In this document: piece after piece, positions 1-64,000 of the stretch
Layout of the letters: the number at the start of each line of letters is the position of its first letter
Position numbering within the stretch: the stretch's first letter is position 1
Notes under the pieces: model-generated
What the model was told of the DNA's origin: nothing
The model's input: the letters and a program-made list of their open reading frames with translations, nothing else
Databases searched by the model: none
Assembly: GCA_028534125.1 (NCBI GenBank)
Contig: CM052852.1
Span: 88,784,001-88,848,000, forward strand
Direction of reading: 5' to 3'
Source: Lama glama
Lineage: Eukaryota
Length of the DNA stretch: 64,000 bases
Program-made: the position numbers and the translations under genes

Positions 1-59
1 AGTTTGGAGACTTAGGAAGCAAAGGAAAAATGTCACTGGTAACAGGAATAATGAAGACA

Positions 60-480
60 AGGAATAACACAAACCGGCCTGAAGGAGAAAATTATAGTAT
101 CTGTCTTGAATACCAGAATTAAATGTGACAGTGGGGAGTTCGTATGAAGCTGTCTAGCAGGCAGCTAGGAATATGAGTTAACAAAACAGGCAAGTCAGGA
201 GGAGAGACATTATCATCAGTGGGAGTCATGGATGTGCTTATCCAGAAAGACAGCCTGTAAGTGAAAAGCAGAGGGAAGACACAGTCCCAGGAAAAACTGA
301 TAATCACAGAGAAGACAGAGATGAAGCAAAATAAAAAGACACTAGGTTGCCAAGAAGTTTGAAAAAAAGGACTGTGGACTATCCCAGAAACCAAGAGCAG
401 AGAGTTTAATGGAGGACGTAAGTGACAGTGTCAAGTGCAGTGGAGAAATGAGGGGAAATGAAAGACTGCAGGACAGATTC
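60..480 (-). mobile_element. L2 LINE fragment, ancient
   Basis: Purine-rich tract resembling L2 reverse strand (gctgtctagcaggcagctaggaatatgag); boundaries approximate. Confidence 0.55.
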
Positions 481-673
481 AGCAAGGGGGTCTCTGCTCT
501 CCTCCAGAAGATCCAACAGAGTAACACGGGAAGAAAGAGTGCGTGGGGCTAATGTAATAGAGGAGCCAGGAGCAGTGGAACGCCGGCAGCCGGCACCAAG
601 CTCTCAGTAGAGAAGTTTGGAAAGTGAGGAACTGGACAGCCAGCTTGGGAAAACAAGGTAAAGAAGAGGACTA

Positions 674-51098
<50,425 letters not shown>

Positions 51099-54000
51099 CT
51101 GCACACCGACAAGCGAAAATTTGCTAACACAATGGCAGCTAAACCACAAAGAGAACGCTGCAGATTATCGGGCAACTTGTACCAACCCCTGTGATTCTTG
51201 TAAAGTTTCCCAGAATTTGGGAAGGCGGCCAACTGAGGCTGGCAAGTTTGCGTAAGTCCAAGGGAAGCACTACAAGGCTTGGTCTGTTCCTTTAAGAACT
51301 TGAAGCAGCACTTTGGTGGCCTGGCCTCCATTATTATACCATTTGACATCTTTTTTGTTACTCTTCTCCAAAGACCTGATTTGCCTTTGTAACTGCTGAT
51401 TTTAGATTATCAGTACTTTAAAATATTAGTATCTTGCACAGCATTTTCTCCTCATTTTATGAAGTTCTTTTCTAACCCATGCCTATAATAACGGACCATG
51501 GTGAGAAGTGAGGCTAAAAATCAGACTTTTGAGGAAAGTTCAATTGAACTTTTGGTTCTAAGTAGGTAAACAGTATAAGAGGAAGAGATATAATCTAGGT
51601 ATTCATTATGATACACTAAGCCCCTCCCCACTGTAACAGAGCGACTGTAATACTGTATATTGAAGCTTCAAAAATGTGTACCAAAATATACGAAAGGCCT
51701 AAGCAGTTGGGCTTTGTGGCAAAGTCCCTTAGGGCTGGAAGATTTTCCTACTTTGTAGGGATCTCATAGGTGGGAAAATTTTATCTCAGCAGCAAGCAGT
51801 AATACCAAAAACAATGGTAAGGAAAAGAACCACTGGCTAATAGGGTGAAAAATGCCTTTATCAATATAAGAGACAAATTTTCATTCAAAAATCTTTCTAG
51901 GTCACCAGAGAAACATTTTTATTACAGTGTAAAGAGATAAACTCTGGTTAGAACAACAACAACAAAAAATTGTAAAAGAGGTGTCTGATGTCCTGAACAG
52001 ACTTTTATCTCCCATTTTAGTGATAGCATGCTTACTATAAAAGTGTTAATAAGTTTCCTAGAAAGGTCTAGAAGTTCAGATATATATGCTGGAGCTTGTC
52101 CAGTGAAACCAATGAATGCATTCCCCACCCCCCGGCATTGTTAAATATCACACAGAAAGCAAACTTGCTAGGAAAAAATGTCCAAGTTGTAAATGTAACT
52201 TGATTAAATAGTACATCCTGGCTATACCTGTTTATTTTTTTTTTAACATCCCCAACAAAAGAGGTAGGTAAAAAAACAAGTTTCCATCATGGAGCATGGC
52301 TGAATTGAATAAGCAAAGAAAACAAGAGGGAGGGGACTCACAAAAGGTGGCCAGTCCTTCAGTGAAGCATTTCAACCCTTCCATTCAACCACATCGTAGC
52401 CAACTACTTGGCTCAAATTACAGTGTCCTAAAGGAAAGTGTGTTCTTGAAAAAGGCATCCTCTCTGGAGGTGAAGGCAAAGTTTAGAGGGAATGGGAGAA
52501 GCAATAAGGACATGATCCTGGGAAATAATACTGATACCTCTGTTTTCTTCAGTGTGAGACCTGGGGAAAATTGAGCCCCAACTTTCTTAAAAGTAAAATG
52601 AGGTCACGTAACTTAAAAGACTGCTTACAGTAAGATTAACAAAACCCTCCAGAGATCACTTTAAAAGGCTCTAACAGGCTATTCAGGTGAAAAAACGATG
52701 ATGCTTGCTGATATTAACCAACTATGTGACTATTAAAACTTGAGGAATTGGGGCAGCACAGAACTAGGCAATGGCCTCAAAATAATTCAAGTGTACATAT
52801 TTTATAATTTAAAGTAAGAAAGTTCTAGCTCTACAGAAGAGGCATACACAATTCTGATGCTACCCTTTTCCAAAGGGGCAGGTTGAGTTATGGCGCGTTG
52901 ACAGGGAGGTCTTGGTGTTGAAGAGGACTACAGTTGGCCAGGGAGGCTGACAGGTGGTGTGTTTGGCAGCAAGTGAGGGCCACTCAAAGAGTTCCCTGGA
53001 GGCTTTTGTCCATAACATACGCCATTAGTCCTCTGGAACTGTTGGTCTGACACCATGGGAGTGAAGTTAGGAATTCATTTCTCCCTTTTTAGCAGAGCAT
53101 ATGGTCATCTGGGAACTATATTTGGATTGTTTATATTGTCTCTAAATCTCCCTTCTCTTCCCCCAAAGCTTTGGATTCGAAGCTGGTGCACATTAAAAAC
53201 ACTAGGTGCTGCTATAAACTTAACAGGTGATCTGTTTGTAATTATTCCTAAAATATGCTTAACAGACCTATGAAAAATTAGCAATATGTTTGAAGAATGT
53301 TGTATAACCTTCAGAATACAGAGGCATAGAAAGAAGAACACATCAAGTAAATATTAAATAATGGCTTGTGTATAATATAATTGGTTTGGTTTCCAAAATT
53401 TTAGTTTTTAGCCTTTGAGTACCGCCAACTAGGAACGCCACACCAAGATGGACTAGCAAGAGTATCAGAATACACCATTCGATGTTTCACAGAATGCGTT
53501 ACAGGAAACGAATTAATAATGCGGTTCCTTAGAGAAGGGGGGAAGGCTGCTCCCATAACCCCTCCTCCAAGCTGTTCACAATATTCATATAATAAATGTT
53601 ATAAAAAGTCTTGAAGTAAAAAAAGTCTTTATCTTTGTGTAAGTCAGCATTTCCCATAGAACTCCTCCCCCACCACCAAGGAAGATCCAGTGACATCGTA
53701 TCATGTAAAACATGGTTTGGGCGATGCTACTCTAACATGTATTTCTTACCTCATCACAATCAACTATACCAGCAAAGCATTCAAGGGTGTAAGGTGAGAT
53801 AACTGTTAAATTTGTGACAATTTCTCTTCCTGTATGCCAAAAATAGATAAGACAAATTGTTTGGCCAAGATCCCAGGTGTGTGCTTCTGCTTCTAAGGCT
53901 TAATTATGAGAAGCAAGAAATCAGGAGATCTTCGTTCTAATTGCCTTCTGCTACAGATTGGTATGGGTGCGTCTTGGGGGAAGTCCTAGAATTGGTTTCC

Positions 54001-55994
54001 TCATAGGTAACTTCAAGAGAGCTTGATTCAATAACCAGATCTAAGAGGATGCAGGGGAATTGGGGCCAGATCTTCTAGCAATAAAATTTGAAATATGGTT
54101 TGGTTGAGGCATCATGTTTCAGCCTGAACCAAAAACACAAACAATAAACTGCTCAAAAGTGGGGAAGAGAGTACCTGTTTGAAGATAAAGAATAATTTAT
54201 AAACTAATACAACATGAGAAGATAATATATTCAGGGTAAAATTTATTTGTAAGCTTCAAAGTAGACAAGAAGGGAGAAATTTTTAAAAATTATGAAAAGT
54301 CACAAAGACCAGGGAAAGGCTTCAGGGTGCTAATTTTGGTACACTAGAAGGTACACTGGCTCTTTGGGGCTTTAAGGATACCCATTTAAAGCACCACAGT
54401 GTCAATTTATTTAATGGTAAACTTTAGATATGAAAAAATGAATGCCTTCTCAAATGTGCCTGTTACCCAAGGGATATTTGTTTCTCTGACAAAATAGAAT
54501 GAAATTTATGTCCTGGCACCCAAGGTACAAACAACTTCAAGTTAAAACAGGTTGGGATTAACTGCCACAAGGACAATTTAAAAAATAATGAACCACTTAG
54601 AATTACAAATTTCACTTGTCCAAAAGATTTCTGCTATAAAATGGAACACACACATACTGATACAAAACCACTTGAAAGAATTTTTATTAATGCAGACATA
54701 TTCAAAATGTATGATTTCTTAAAAACAAACACTATTCACACTAAAGGTCATACCACCCTCAAACCAAACAATTTTTGGTTGTTTTTTGTTTGTTTGTTTT
54801 TTACTAAATAGCACAAACAATAGTTTGAGGTTCAAGTATATGATTGAAAATAGCAATGGGATATTTCCAAAACACACATAGGGGGTATCTAGAACAATTA
54901 TAAGAATTTACAGCCAACACTAAAATTACCTGGCAAGCTTTGAACAAGAAAAATGCTTTCAGCTAAATCATGAAACAGCACAGCAGTTGTAGCATTAAGC
55001 GATTGAGTCAGTGAAACACAAGCAGATTAGTCATGACCAGTACTGGATAATTAAATGTTCGCAAAGACTCAATTCTTCTGATTGCAATGCATTCCACTCT
55101 ACTTCATATTATTACAAAAGGCATGTGTATATGCAAATGTGTCAATATATTTCCGACTCCATTCTTACTCTACTTTGTGAACTCAGATTATAATGTACAA
55201 CTTTCTAAATGTTGAAAAACAAAATAATTACAGCATTAGTTAAGAGTAGAAACATGGCAGAACTGAAGATAATGGAGCCAGTCCTCAGAGGCTGGAAATT
55301 AAGTACATTTGCATTTTTAAATATGATTAATGAAGGCCAGTTATGGTGGACTGATGATTATGGATGGGCAAGAATAATCTGAATATTCCAAGATATCCTG
55401 CTCACACCCCTGTCTGGTTCCCGGCTATCTCCCTACAGTCTCCATCCTAGGCCAAAAGCAAGCAGGTACATCTCTCCAATGGGAGGAGGAGCTAAACTTT
55501 TCTTTTTCAAAAGTGAGAAATAAAGGAAAATGAAAAAGGGGAGAAGCACAAATATGTCAAACCAAAAGAAAATTAACTGTGATGAGAACAGTCTGCTATA
55601 AGACTGCATGAGGCTTCCTTGTCATTCTCAATACAACTCTCAAAAGACATCTCCAAAGAAGTGTTTTCAAGTAACACATATGTTCAGAAGGAAGAAATTT
55701 TTTAAAATGTCAGATTAGTACTTTAGACCTTATCTTCGATCCTGAAAATGATGGTTAAGAGGAAAAGCTGGGGTTCTCCTAATAGATGTACCAGAATGAC
55801 GATGGACATAGATTTTGTGAATCTGGAATTCAATTCAGCCCAGTGTGCCTTTTGAGTTTCACTACAATTTTTCATATGTTGAATAACAATGTGATGAGGT
55901 ATCAAAGAATGAAATATTCACTGCAAATAAGGGGTGGTTCATTTACGCATTTCAAAGATAAAATCTTTCTTGGATGGCTAGACTTTTAAAAGGA

Positions 55995-56635
55995 TATAGA
56001 AAATAAAAAGTGTTGGTAAGGATGTGAAGAAATCAGAATCCTTGTACTGGTAGGAATGTAAAAGAGTTCAACCTGGGTGGAAAACAGTTTGGTGGTTCAT
56101 TAGAAAGCTAAACAAAGAATTACTATATGAGCCAACAATTTTATTCCTANNNNNNNNNNNNNNNNNNNNNNNNNNNNNNNNNNNNNNNNNNNNNNNNNNN
56201 NNNNNNNNNNNNNNNNNNNNNNNNNNNNNNNNNNNNNNNNNNNNNNNNNNNNNNNNNNNNNNNNNNNNNNNNNNNNNNNNNNNNNNNNNNNNNNNNNNNN
56301 NNNNNNNNNNNNNNNNNNNNNNNNNNNNNNNNNAAATGAGAGAAACTAGACACGAAAGGTCACGTATTGTACGGTTTCACTCATATGAAATATTCTGAAT
56401 AGGTAAATCCACTGAAACAGAAAGAAGACTGGTGGCTGCCAGGAGCTGGTGGCAAGGGGAGATTGGGGAGTAACTCCTTAATAGGTATGGAGCATCCTTT
56501 TGGAGTGATGACAATGTTATGGACCATGACAGAGTTGATAGTTTCACAACACATGAATGTACTAAATGCCACTGAATCATTTACTTTAACATGATTAATC
56601 TTACCTTACACAAACTTCACCTTGATTTTTAAAAA
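55995..56635 (+). mobile_element. L1MB-like 3' end with internal N gap
   Basis: aagtgttggtaaggatgtgaagaaatcagaatcc...aatgtactaaatgccactgaa. Confidence 0.8.
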
Positions 56636-56684
56636 AAAGTAACACGCTTGCCTTATAGCAGGTCACAAGGCTTAATATGGTTGA

Positions 56685-57250
56685 TACATCCATTCAATCA
56701 ATGTTTATTAAGTCCCTGCTATGTGAAAGACACTGGAGATAGAGTGATGAATAAAAAAACATAGTCTTTGCCTTCATGGAGCTTAGAGTGTAGTGAGGGG
56801 GACAAGACGTTAATCAAATACTTATACAAATCAGCTAAGTGCCAAGAATGATGGCTGCACAGTATTCTGAGAGCTGACCCAGCCAGAACCACACAACCAC
56901 CAGATACAGTACAAGCCTGATCATATTGCTCCTCTAGTCCTGCTTTAATAGTCTGCCACTGGCATTAAAACTGAAAACTAAAATCCTTCCTCTGACCTGC
57001 AAAGTCTTGCAGACTCAGGTCTCTTCCCCTCATTTCTCCAAAGGCTCCCCAAGCCTCTCCGCCTCGCTTTCTCTGTTACAGCTCATTGGCCTTCTTTCCA
57101 CTCCAGGTGAGCCCCGGGCTCAGGCCTGCCCCACCAGGGCTTCTACTCCATTGCTTCCCTCCACTAGAATACTCTCCCCTCTTCACCTTCTGGTAAGCAC
57201 CCGTCAGATCTCTTAACTGTCACTTTCTCACTAAAGCCTTCCCTAATGGT
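56685..57250. mobile_element. L2 fragments
   Basis: cattcaatcaatgtttattaagtccctgctatgtg...gccttcatggagcttaga, then pyrimidine-rich L2-like tract. Confidence 0.6.
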
Positions 57251-60200
57251 GACTCAAATCAAGAGACACCAGTAACTCATTCTCCAAAATCAATGTCTGC
57301 TACAGGAATCCATAAAGAGCAAAACAAAGCAAGAGGAAAATCTCAATTCAGCTTTTTGAAAAGCAGTAACTTCAAGTTTCCCCTAAATTCTGCTCAAACA
57401 TTGTCAACATTTACTGAAAGAAATCCTCTGTAAACTCCCTGACTTTGCAAAAAGGGCACTTTCGTAAACTTCTGATTAGTTTCAGTAAAAATAAGGCAGT
57501 TATTGTGACAGTAAGAACTTTATACAGTCTACCGACACTTTAGCTCATTAAACGTAATGCAATGCAGCTGGTTATTGTGATGCCTCGTTAATTGATTCAT
57601 AGACACTTCAGACCATTTTATCCTGAGTAGTATTCATATTAATCATTTCCAGCTGATTAAATAGTTGATTAAAAAATGGTGGTTATGGTCATTTCTATTT
57701 AAAAAAAAACGCAGGCATCAGTCCAAGACTGTAATCCTCAATGTAATATTGTTTCTGGGAAGAAAATCAGATTAGACTTATATTACTCTGATTTCCATGA
57801 ACATAACCTGGTATAGTGCACAAGGACAAGTTGTAAAGGGTTTTCAGGAAGGCCATCACCCAGCTAGTGTGCACTATGAAACAGAGGCTAGGACCAAGGC
57901 AAACCCAATTCGAACCAGCCAGCCATGCACTGTTCTCTTTTCAAGTCTATCTCATTTAATAACCATAAACCTGAGCAAGGTATTTTTTGCAGCACTGATT
58001 TTCTGTAAGCAGAGCAGAGAAATATCACTGACATATAGAAAGTCCCACACAAAAAAGACTCTGCTAAAGCTGTCAAAGGACATTTAAACATAACATTATC
58101 CCTGCGCTTTCTGGAAGTGAAAATAAATTGCATTTAAAAAATAACATCTCAATGATTAACAGATATTATTTATTTGTACACTTGTTTGACCCAACAATTA
58201 GTAACGACGCCTGTACAAGGGGTTTACTAGCAAATGAGTAAACAATAGCATGTAATCAGCACCGCTATTTCTCGGATGACAGCTTCCAGTCTTAAAGAAT
58301 ACTATTGGGAAATCAACACAAAATTGAGATCTCACACTCCAAGTAGAAAACAAGACTAGTTTTTCTTCCCCAGCAGTTTTCACCCATAGCACTAAATGCT
58401 TAGAAATACAAAATGCCAGTTCATGACTTATGTCTAAATTCTACTGAGCTCAAGTAATTGGTCCCAGCAAACACCTCCTACTCCGAGCCCCACCCCCCGC
58501 GAAACGGCGGGGTGTGCAGGGCAGGAGGTCTGCAGGTTGAGATGGCTGCGGGTACTATGGGTTGGGAGAGAAAGCTATTTGTTTAAATGCAACTCCAAAT
58601 TAGAAGAATAAAATTCAATATTCAGGAGCAGCACAGCTGTAAGGAAAATCTCCCCTTTCATCAATATTCAAAAAACACATGTGAGAGAATTTTCTCCCTC
58701 CAGTTTTTGCTATTCCTACGCTGAGACTACAGTAGAGCTTTTTTAGAAAAACAACTCAAACACATAACAAGCAGTATATTTCAATCACAAACATTGCCAC
58801 TTACCAAAATTTTTAGCCTCCCTAATAGCAGAAAAGGCAAAAAAAATTTTTTTAATGTGGTTTAAAATATTTTATACACAAACCATCTTGCGATGGAGCT
58901 GACAAATAATAGAACCTAGTGGAATGATTCTGCTTTTAAGTGCTGATCTCCCTAGAGGGGGGAAAAAATCTTTCTTCCTAGTTCCCCTGGGAAATGTGCC
59001 TGAGACTGGGAAATCTCAGGTTATAACTCAAAGATGAGCCCGGAGCTCATTTAGCCCCCACAAATCTTGCCTTGTCCAGGGCGCATGCGCAGGTTTTAAG
59101 TTCCATACCCTCTACCTGCCCTCCAAGGCCACCCATTTCCCATGCCACCCTGCCAGCCAACAACTCTGCCCACTGCTTTCACTCTTTCACTTTTGCTGTC
59201 GTGGTCAGTCGGCAAGAGGGGCAGACTGGAGTAAAGCCCAATCACTTAGCTCCTTTCTCCTGGACTGCACCTCTCACTGACCTCTGAGCTAGCGGTGCAC
59301 CCCAGTTCCTGAGGCACAATCACATGGGGCCGACAGAACGCAAGTAGGTCGTAAGTGGAGGCAGCACATGAACACCTTTGCAGCGCACTGCTAAGGAAAC
59401 AAAGGAGGAGGAAGGACGAGTAAAGGTTGCTGAACTGCAGGGGCTGGCTGGGGCCAGGTACAGTTAGTCCAGGAAGATTTCCAGATGAATGCACGTCCAA
59501 GCCTTGCGTAATTTTGTTCTCTTCTAGTCCAGAATATGATCCAAATCATTCAAAAACCTACTGTGTATGTCACATGTGCCATGCTCCAAAGAGACAATTT
59601 GGACACAGTGACAAGAAAATTTCATTTTGAGTCATACACTGTGCTTGGTTTCAGGGCTTCTTTAATACAGCCTGGACCTTTCCTACCCATTCTAACTGCT
59701 CATTTTCTACTAACAGTCCCCAGCAAGAAGGCTCCGCTCTCAGCAAACTGGTCTCCCTCCTCATTTTCTAAGTATGCCAGTTTATTCCCAGCTGCTGTTC
59801 TCCTGGACTGGAATTACCTGCATGAGTCTCCTTGAAAGTAAAATGAAGGTTGTTCAACTATGCCAAATTCAGCAACCTAATCTAAGAGACCCTGTAACAT
59901 ATGAATGGCTGTAGACATATCAAATTGACAAACCTTTACAAACTGGCTTCCCCCTCAAAGTGATTAGCCAGTGATTCCTGGAGCTCTGTGTCTCATTCAC
60001 TCGGTACACATTTGAGACTTGCTTCCTCAATAAAGAAAAGCAACATCTAAGAGTGTGTTGTAAGCAGATGAAGAGTTCTGTAGATGGACAGATGGAAGGA
60101 TAGGTGGATGGAGTGATGGGAGGATTATGGACAGATATGGCTCATTCATGTGATGAAACCAGCCTGACTCCAAAATCAGAGTATCATTTAGAGCTCTTTG

Positions 60201-60419
60201 AGATCACCAAGGATGCTTAAGCTGTTACCCGAGATGCGAATAGTTTGATTGAGGCTAGTGTCTCATAGTTTAACTGTCTTATAAATATCTTCTAATGGGT
60301 GTATTTTTGATGCTCAAAAATCAGAGGCACTCTGACATTTGCCATTCTAATGGCCTTCTTTCAGAGAGCCTGACGATTACCAGGTTGTTTCAAGGTGGCC
60401 ATACAAGAGGTAAGGAAGA

Positions 60420-60640
60420 GAAGCATACTGAGTGAGGATGTGGGTTCTGGAGCCAGATGTCTGGGTTCAAATCCTGGTTCTGCTACTTACTAGGTAAGTG
60501 ACCTTGGCAAATTCCTTAACCACATTATGACTTAGTTTCCCTATCTGTATAATTGAGGATGATGTTGATGACGATTTATGAGGCAATTGCGAGACAGGGC
60601 CTTCAAAGAGTAAATACTCAAAAGATGTTAGCTGCTGTTA
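60420..60640 (+). mobile_element. MIR SINE
   Basis: ctggagccagatgtctgggttcaaatcctggttctgctacttactagg...gaccttggcaaattccttaac. Confidence 0.85.
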
Positions 60641-62774
60641 TGCAGCACAATGAAATAGCAAATTCCTTTGCTGTCACTAACTAGCTGCTTCCAACAGATT
60701 TAAAAAAATCTATGTAAAAAATGCAATCTTAACATAAATAATTGAAATACACGTATAGGCTTATCACCCTTGAAACAGTGGCACAAATGAAATCAATGTG
60801 AACATTTTCTTAACTAGAATGAAAACAGATACAATCTTCGTGAAACAGAAATAGGACACATACCCGCAAAATCCAAATGATCGTGGGTACTTCTTTAAAT
60901 GAACTATGCCACACTGATCAGATACTATTTAATTAGCATACGAGCATAAGACAGAATAGTTCATTGTGACTTCAATCAAGACTTCAATATAGTTCATTCA
61001 AAACACTTGCAAAAAAGGATCTAAAGCCAACTTCAGATGGCTCCTCAAAGCTTATGATAAGTGACTCAGGGTTGGAATTCGGGGAGTATCAGCATGTGGA
61101 GGGCTCTGGGTGAGGCACTAGCTTGAAAGCAGAGATAACCAGCATGTGAAATCAAACATACGCAACTAGAAGCTCTCTAACACCTGCAATGCAGGGAAGG
61201 CTGGGCGCCTGGAGGGCTCATTCCACGGGAAAGCCAATGCTGAGGCTCGGTTCCCCCTTTCAGAGTCTCTGTTTTCCCATTCATAAACTGTAGCTCCCAG
61301 CTGGTGGCCCCAGCATCAAACCTTGCTGCTTGCTAAGCAGCAGTGGGCCCTTGTTTGATTTTAGTGACCAGGGGGCAGGGTGGGACAGAGTGAACTCAGG
61401 GACCCCTCCGGAGCCTCTGCTTTTAAGAGATATAGGAAAACCACCATAAATGTTTCTGCTTTTTCATCAATGTGTTTCTTAATAGTAAATGTTTAAAGCA
61501 ATTTCTTTTTAATATCAGGAGAGGTCAGTGATTTCTGAGAGAAAAGTATGAGTGTATGAATGGAGGGGGCAGCAGTAGGGGTCTGAATATAGTTCACATA
61601 CTTAGGTGAGTAGAGGAAATGAAGAGGCCCTCATGGGCCTAACACTAAGTGCAAACTACATCAATCAGAGTTTTTTAAAAAAGCGAGTACTCAATCAAGT
61701 TTATAGATAAAATATTCTAAAAGATGACATTTAATAGTGTAGCCACCTTTCAGGAACTACTGCCTCTAGCCATAATCCCCTCTATTTAAGTAAGGCCCAA
61801 GGCAAGCCTTTCCAAGTAGCTGTTCTTGGCAAGAGAACACTGATTAATTCTCTGCTTTTCTAAGTTTTCATCATTATTACAAATAAAATCTTTAAGAACC
61901 CTTGGAATCCCTTTTAAACCATGCTTATGCTTGCCAAATACTGTCCCTTTCATTTTTGATATGTTTGAATGGATTTGCTTCAGGAATAATTAAGTTTAAG
62001 AAAGAAACTCCCACAGCAAGAGGAAAGTTATAGACCACTTATAGAGATTTGCTCAGCCTGCTGTGTGAGACTCTTCATCATATAAATTTCACTATGAATC
62101 TTCCGATTCTAGGAAGAGGTCAAGCGAATCCTCCAAAAGAAAGCTTGCTTATATATTTATATTTAAAGGTTTATAGTAAAGGGTGATATATTGCTTGACT
62201 TCAAGAAATAGTAACTCAAAAAGAAAAAAAAAAGGGAAATACTTACTTGTAAGAACACAGATAATCTCTAACTGTTAACTGGTATATAACCAACTGGAGT
62301 AAGATTTTGCTAAGTGGTTTCAATTTTACTAATGTCCAGTCATTTCCAACATAGTGAACATTAGATTTCTTTCTTAAATAATGCCCCCTCCCAAATAAGA
62401 GCTAAATTATAAAGACTGTGTGTGTAATAAAGTAATAATCACCTCTGGACTTGGTTTAGTAGATCAGAGTCTATCTGATAAACAGGATTAAAAAGCTAAT
62501 CAAAATTGGCTTTGTAAATATTTAAGCAAGATTGGGTTGAGCAACTGTCCGCAGTATAATGCAATCCACTATGTAACTCCTAAGGTTTACTTTTGCCATC
62601 TTTCTTTTTCCGTTTCGTTATAAATAAGTAAGTAGATAGATTTATTTAGCTGTATAAACACCCAACCACTCTGTTACAATGAGTGAAAGTAGGAGTTGGG
62701 CTCTGATGTTGACCATAAAATACTACGAAGAAATTCCTTTACTCACTCCTGGGAATAAACATTTAAAATTTTTA

Positions 62775-62930
62775 AAAAAGTAACTATGTGAGGTGATGGA
62801 TGTGTTAACTAACTTTAATGTGATAATCATTTCTCAATATACATATACGTCAAATCATTACATTGTACACCTTAAACTCTCACAGTGTTATATATTAATA
62901 TCTCAATATAGCTAAAAATAGAAAAAAATT
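62775..62930 (+). mobile_element. Short L1 3' terminal fragment
   Basis: gtaactatgtgaggtgatggatgtgttaactaac...cattgtacaccttaaac...tatctcaata plus A-rich tail. Confidence 0.8.
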
Positions 62931-63599
62931 TAAAAGTAACACAAATAAGTATATCATAACTAAGGATTTTGGCTGCACTTCTAAAACAGCACATTCACTG
63001 TTAAAGTTTCTACTTTGCATGAAGTAGACTCGTATTAGTTAAAATAAATGTCAAGGTTTAGGGTAGGAAGCACAGAACCTAGAACTCGAGTCAGGCTCAG
63101 ACCAGACAGCATCTGCAGAGGGAAAGAATCGGTGGGAGCAATTTCTGGGTACTCCTGTGGCACTCTAAACTATTCACATGGCATTTCCGGCAGATGTTTC
63201 CGGAAAAAAAAAAAATTGGAGGAACTCCAAATCTAACTTCCCAACCTCATCCTTGTCCTCATACTGCTCTATGCTTCTTTCTTCCACCCCACATTCGTGA
63301 CGCCACTGCTCCCCACCTCCCCCGTTCCTAACCCAATGATTAAACTGTGCCCTAAAGAATTCACCATCCTTGTTAATCAAACTCTATGCATCCTTAACAT
63401 CAGAAAACCTTCCTTACAAATACTTGCCTTCTTTAAGATTTAGCTCTCTTCTGAAGACTCTTCCCCAAAGTTAAGGGTCAATCTCCCCGCGCCTCCCCAC
63501 TGCTTGAGCAGTCCATTAATCCAACCTCGCAACAAGTCCCTCCTCCCTCTGGGCTCATAAGATCTGGAGATACAAGCGTTTACTCCTCATTAATGGACC

Positions 63600-64000
63600 T
63601 CACCTCTCTTGGACATTTCCCTTCATTCATCTGGGTCACCGGAGGCCTTTCCATCCCATCTCCTGCCACCATCCTATGAAACTAATGTTTATGTGGACGA
63701 CCAACTCCACACTCGTGTTTGATAGTTCTTGGACACGATTATCGCAAGTGATCTTTACTGTCCTTCATCTCTATCAAATAGATCTCTGGTCACTTACTGA
63801 CATCGACAGGAGACTTTGAAATTTGGCTTTCAGTCCTGTTCTCTATGCCACCTCTGCCATTGAACTTGGAAATACCATGAGGACAACTCATCTAGAAACC
63901 TAGGTTATCAGGTCCCAGAACTCTTTTGCTCTAAGGTTCTTCACCTTTGCTCTACTTTAGCTAACTATTCCATGGTGACAGACTAGGATTTATCGCCTAC
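63600..64000 (+). mobile_element. Degenerate L2 ORF2 fragment, endonuclease region
   Basis: cctgccaccatcct...tgtggacgacc; ttccatggtgacagactaggattt resemble L2 ORF2. Confidence 0.45.

Noticed and set aside
51150-64000. Distal ATP11C first exon (MFRR...) or MIR505, known from human ATP11C intron 1
   Set aside because: No CpG island, matching peptide or miR-505 sequence seen; they presumably lie beyond the right edge

Overview
Mammalian genomic DNA, probably a camelid given the tRNA-Ala-derived Vic-1-type SINEs, and X-linked if synteny with other mammals holds. The window lies inside ATP11C, a P4-ATPase phosphatidylserine flippase on the minus strand. I traced a proximal alternative first exon (51069-51098) and 19 internal coding exons down to position 848. 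Every intron is GT-AG, the phases are consistent, and the 2394 nt give 798 uninterrupted codons containing the DGES, PVSM, DKTGT, KGAD and TGDK motifs. The 3' part of the gene lies left of the window; the distal first exon is presumably to the right. Introns hold an antisense RPL29 processed pseudogene, nested L1/L2/MIR/SINE insertions, LTR and DNA-transposon relics, microsatellites and six N gaps. I found no clearly new biological system. The best leads are GTG in place of the human initiator ATG, a weak-donor in-frame exon carrying the catalytic Asp and two caspase sites, recurring EBF1/NF-kB/ETS-IRF/NRF1/forkhead motifs in the 5' introns, candidate cryptic exons, and an unexplained ~120-nt palindrome in intron 12. 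Exon coordinates were read base by base. Repeat names and boundaries are approximate and recognised from memory of consensus sequences, as are comparisons with human proteins.
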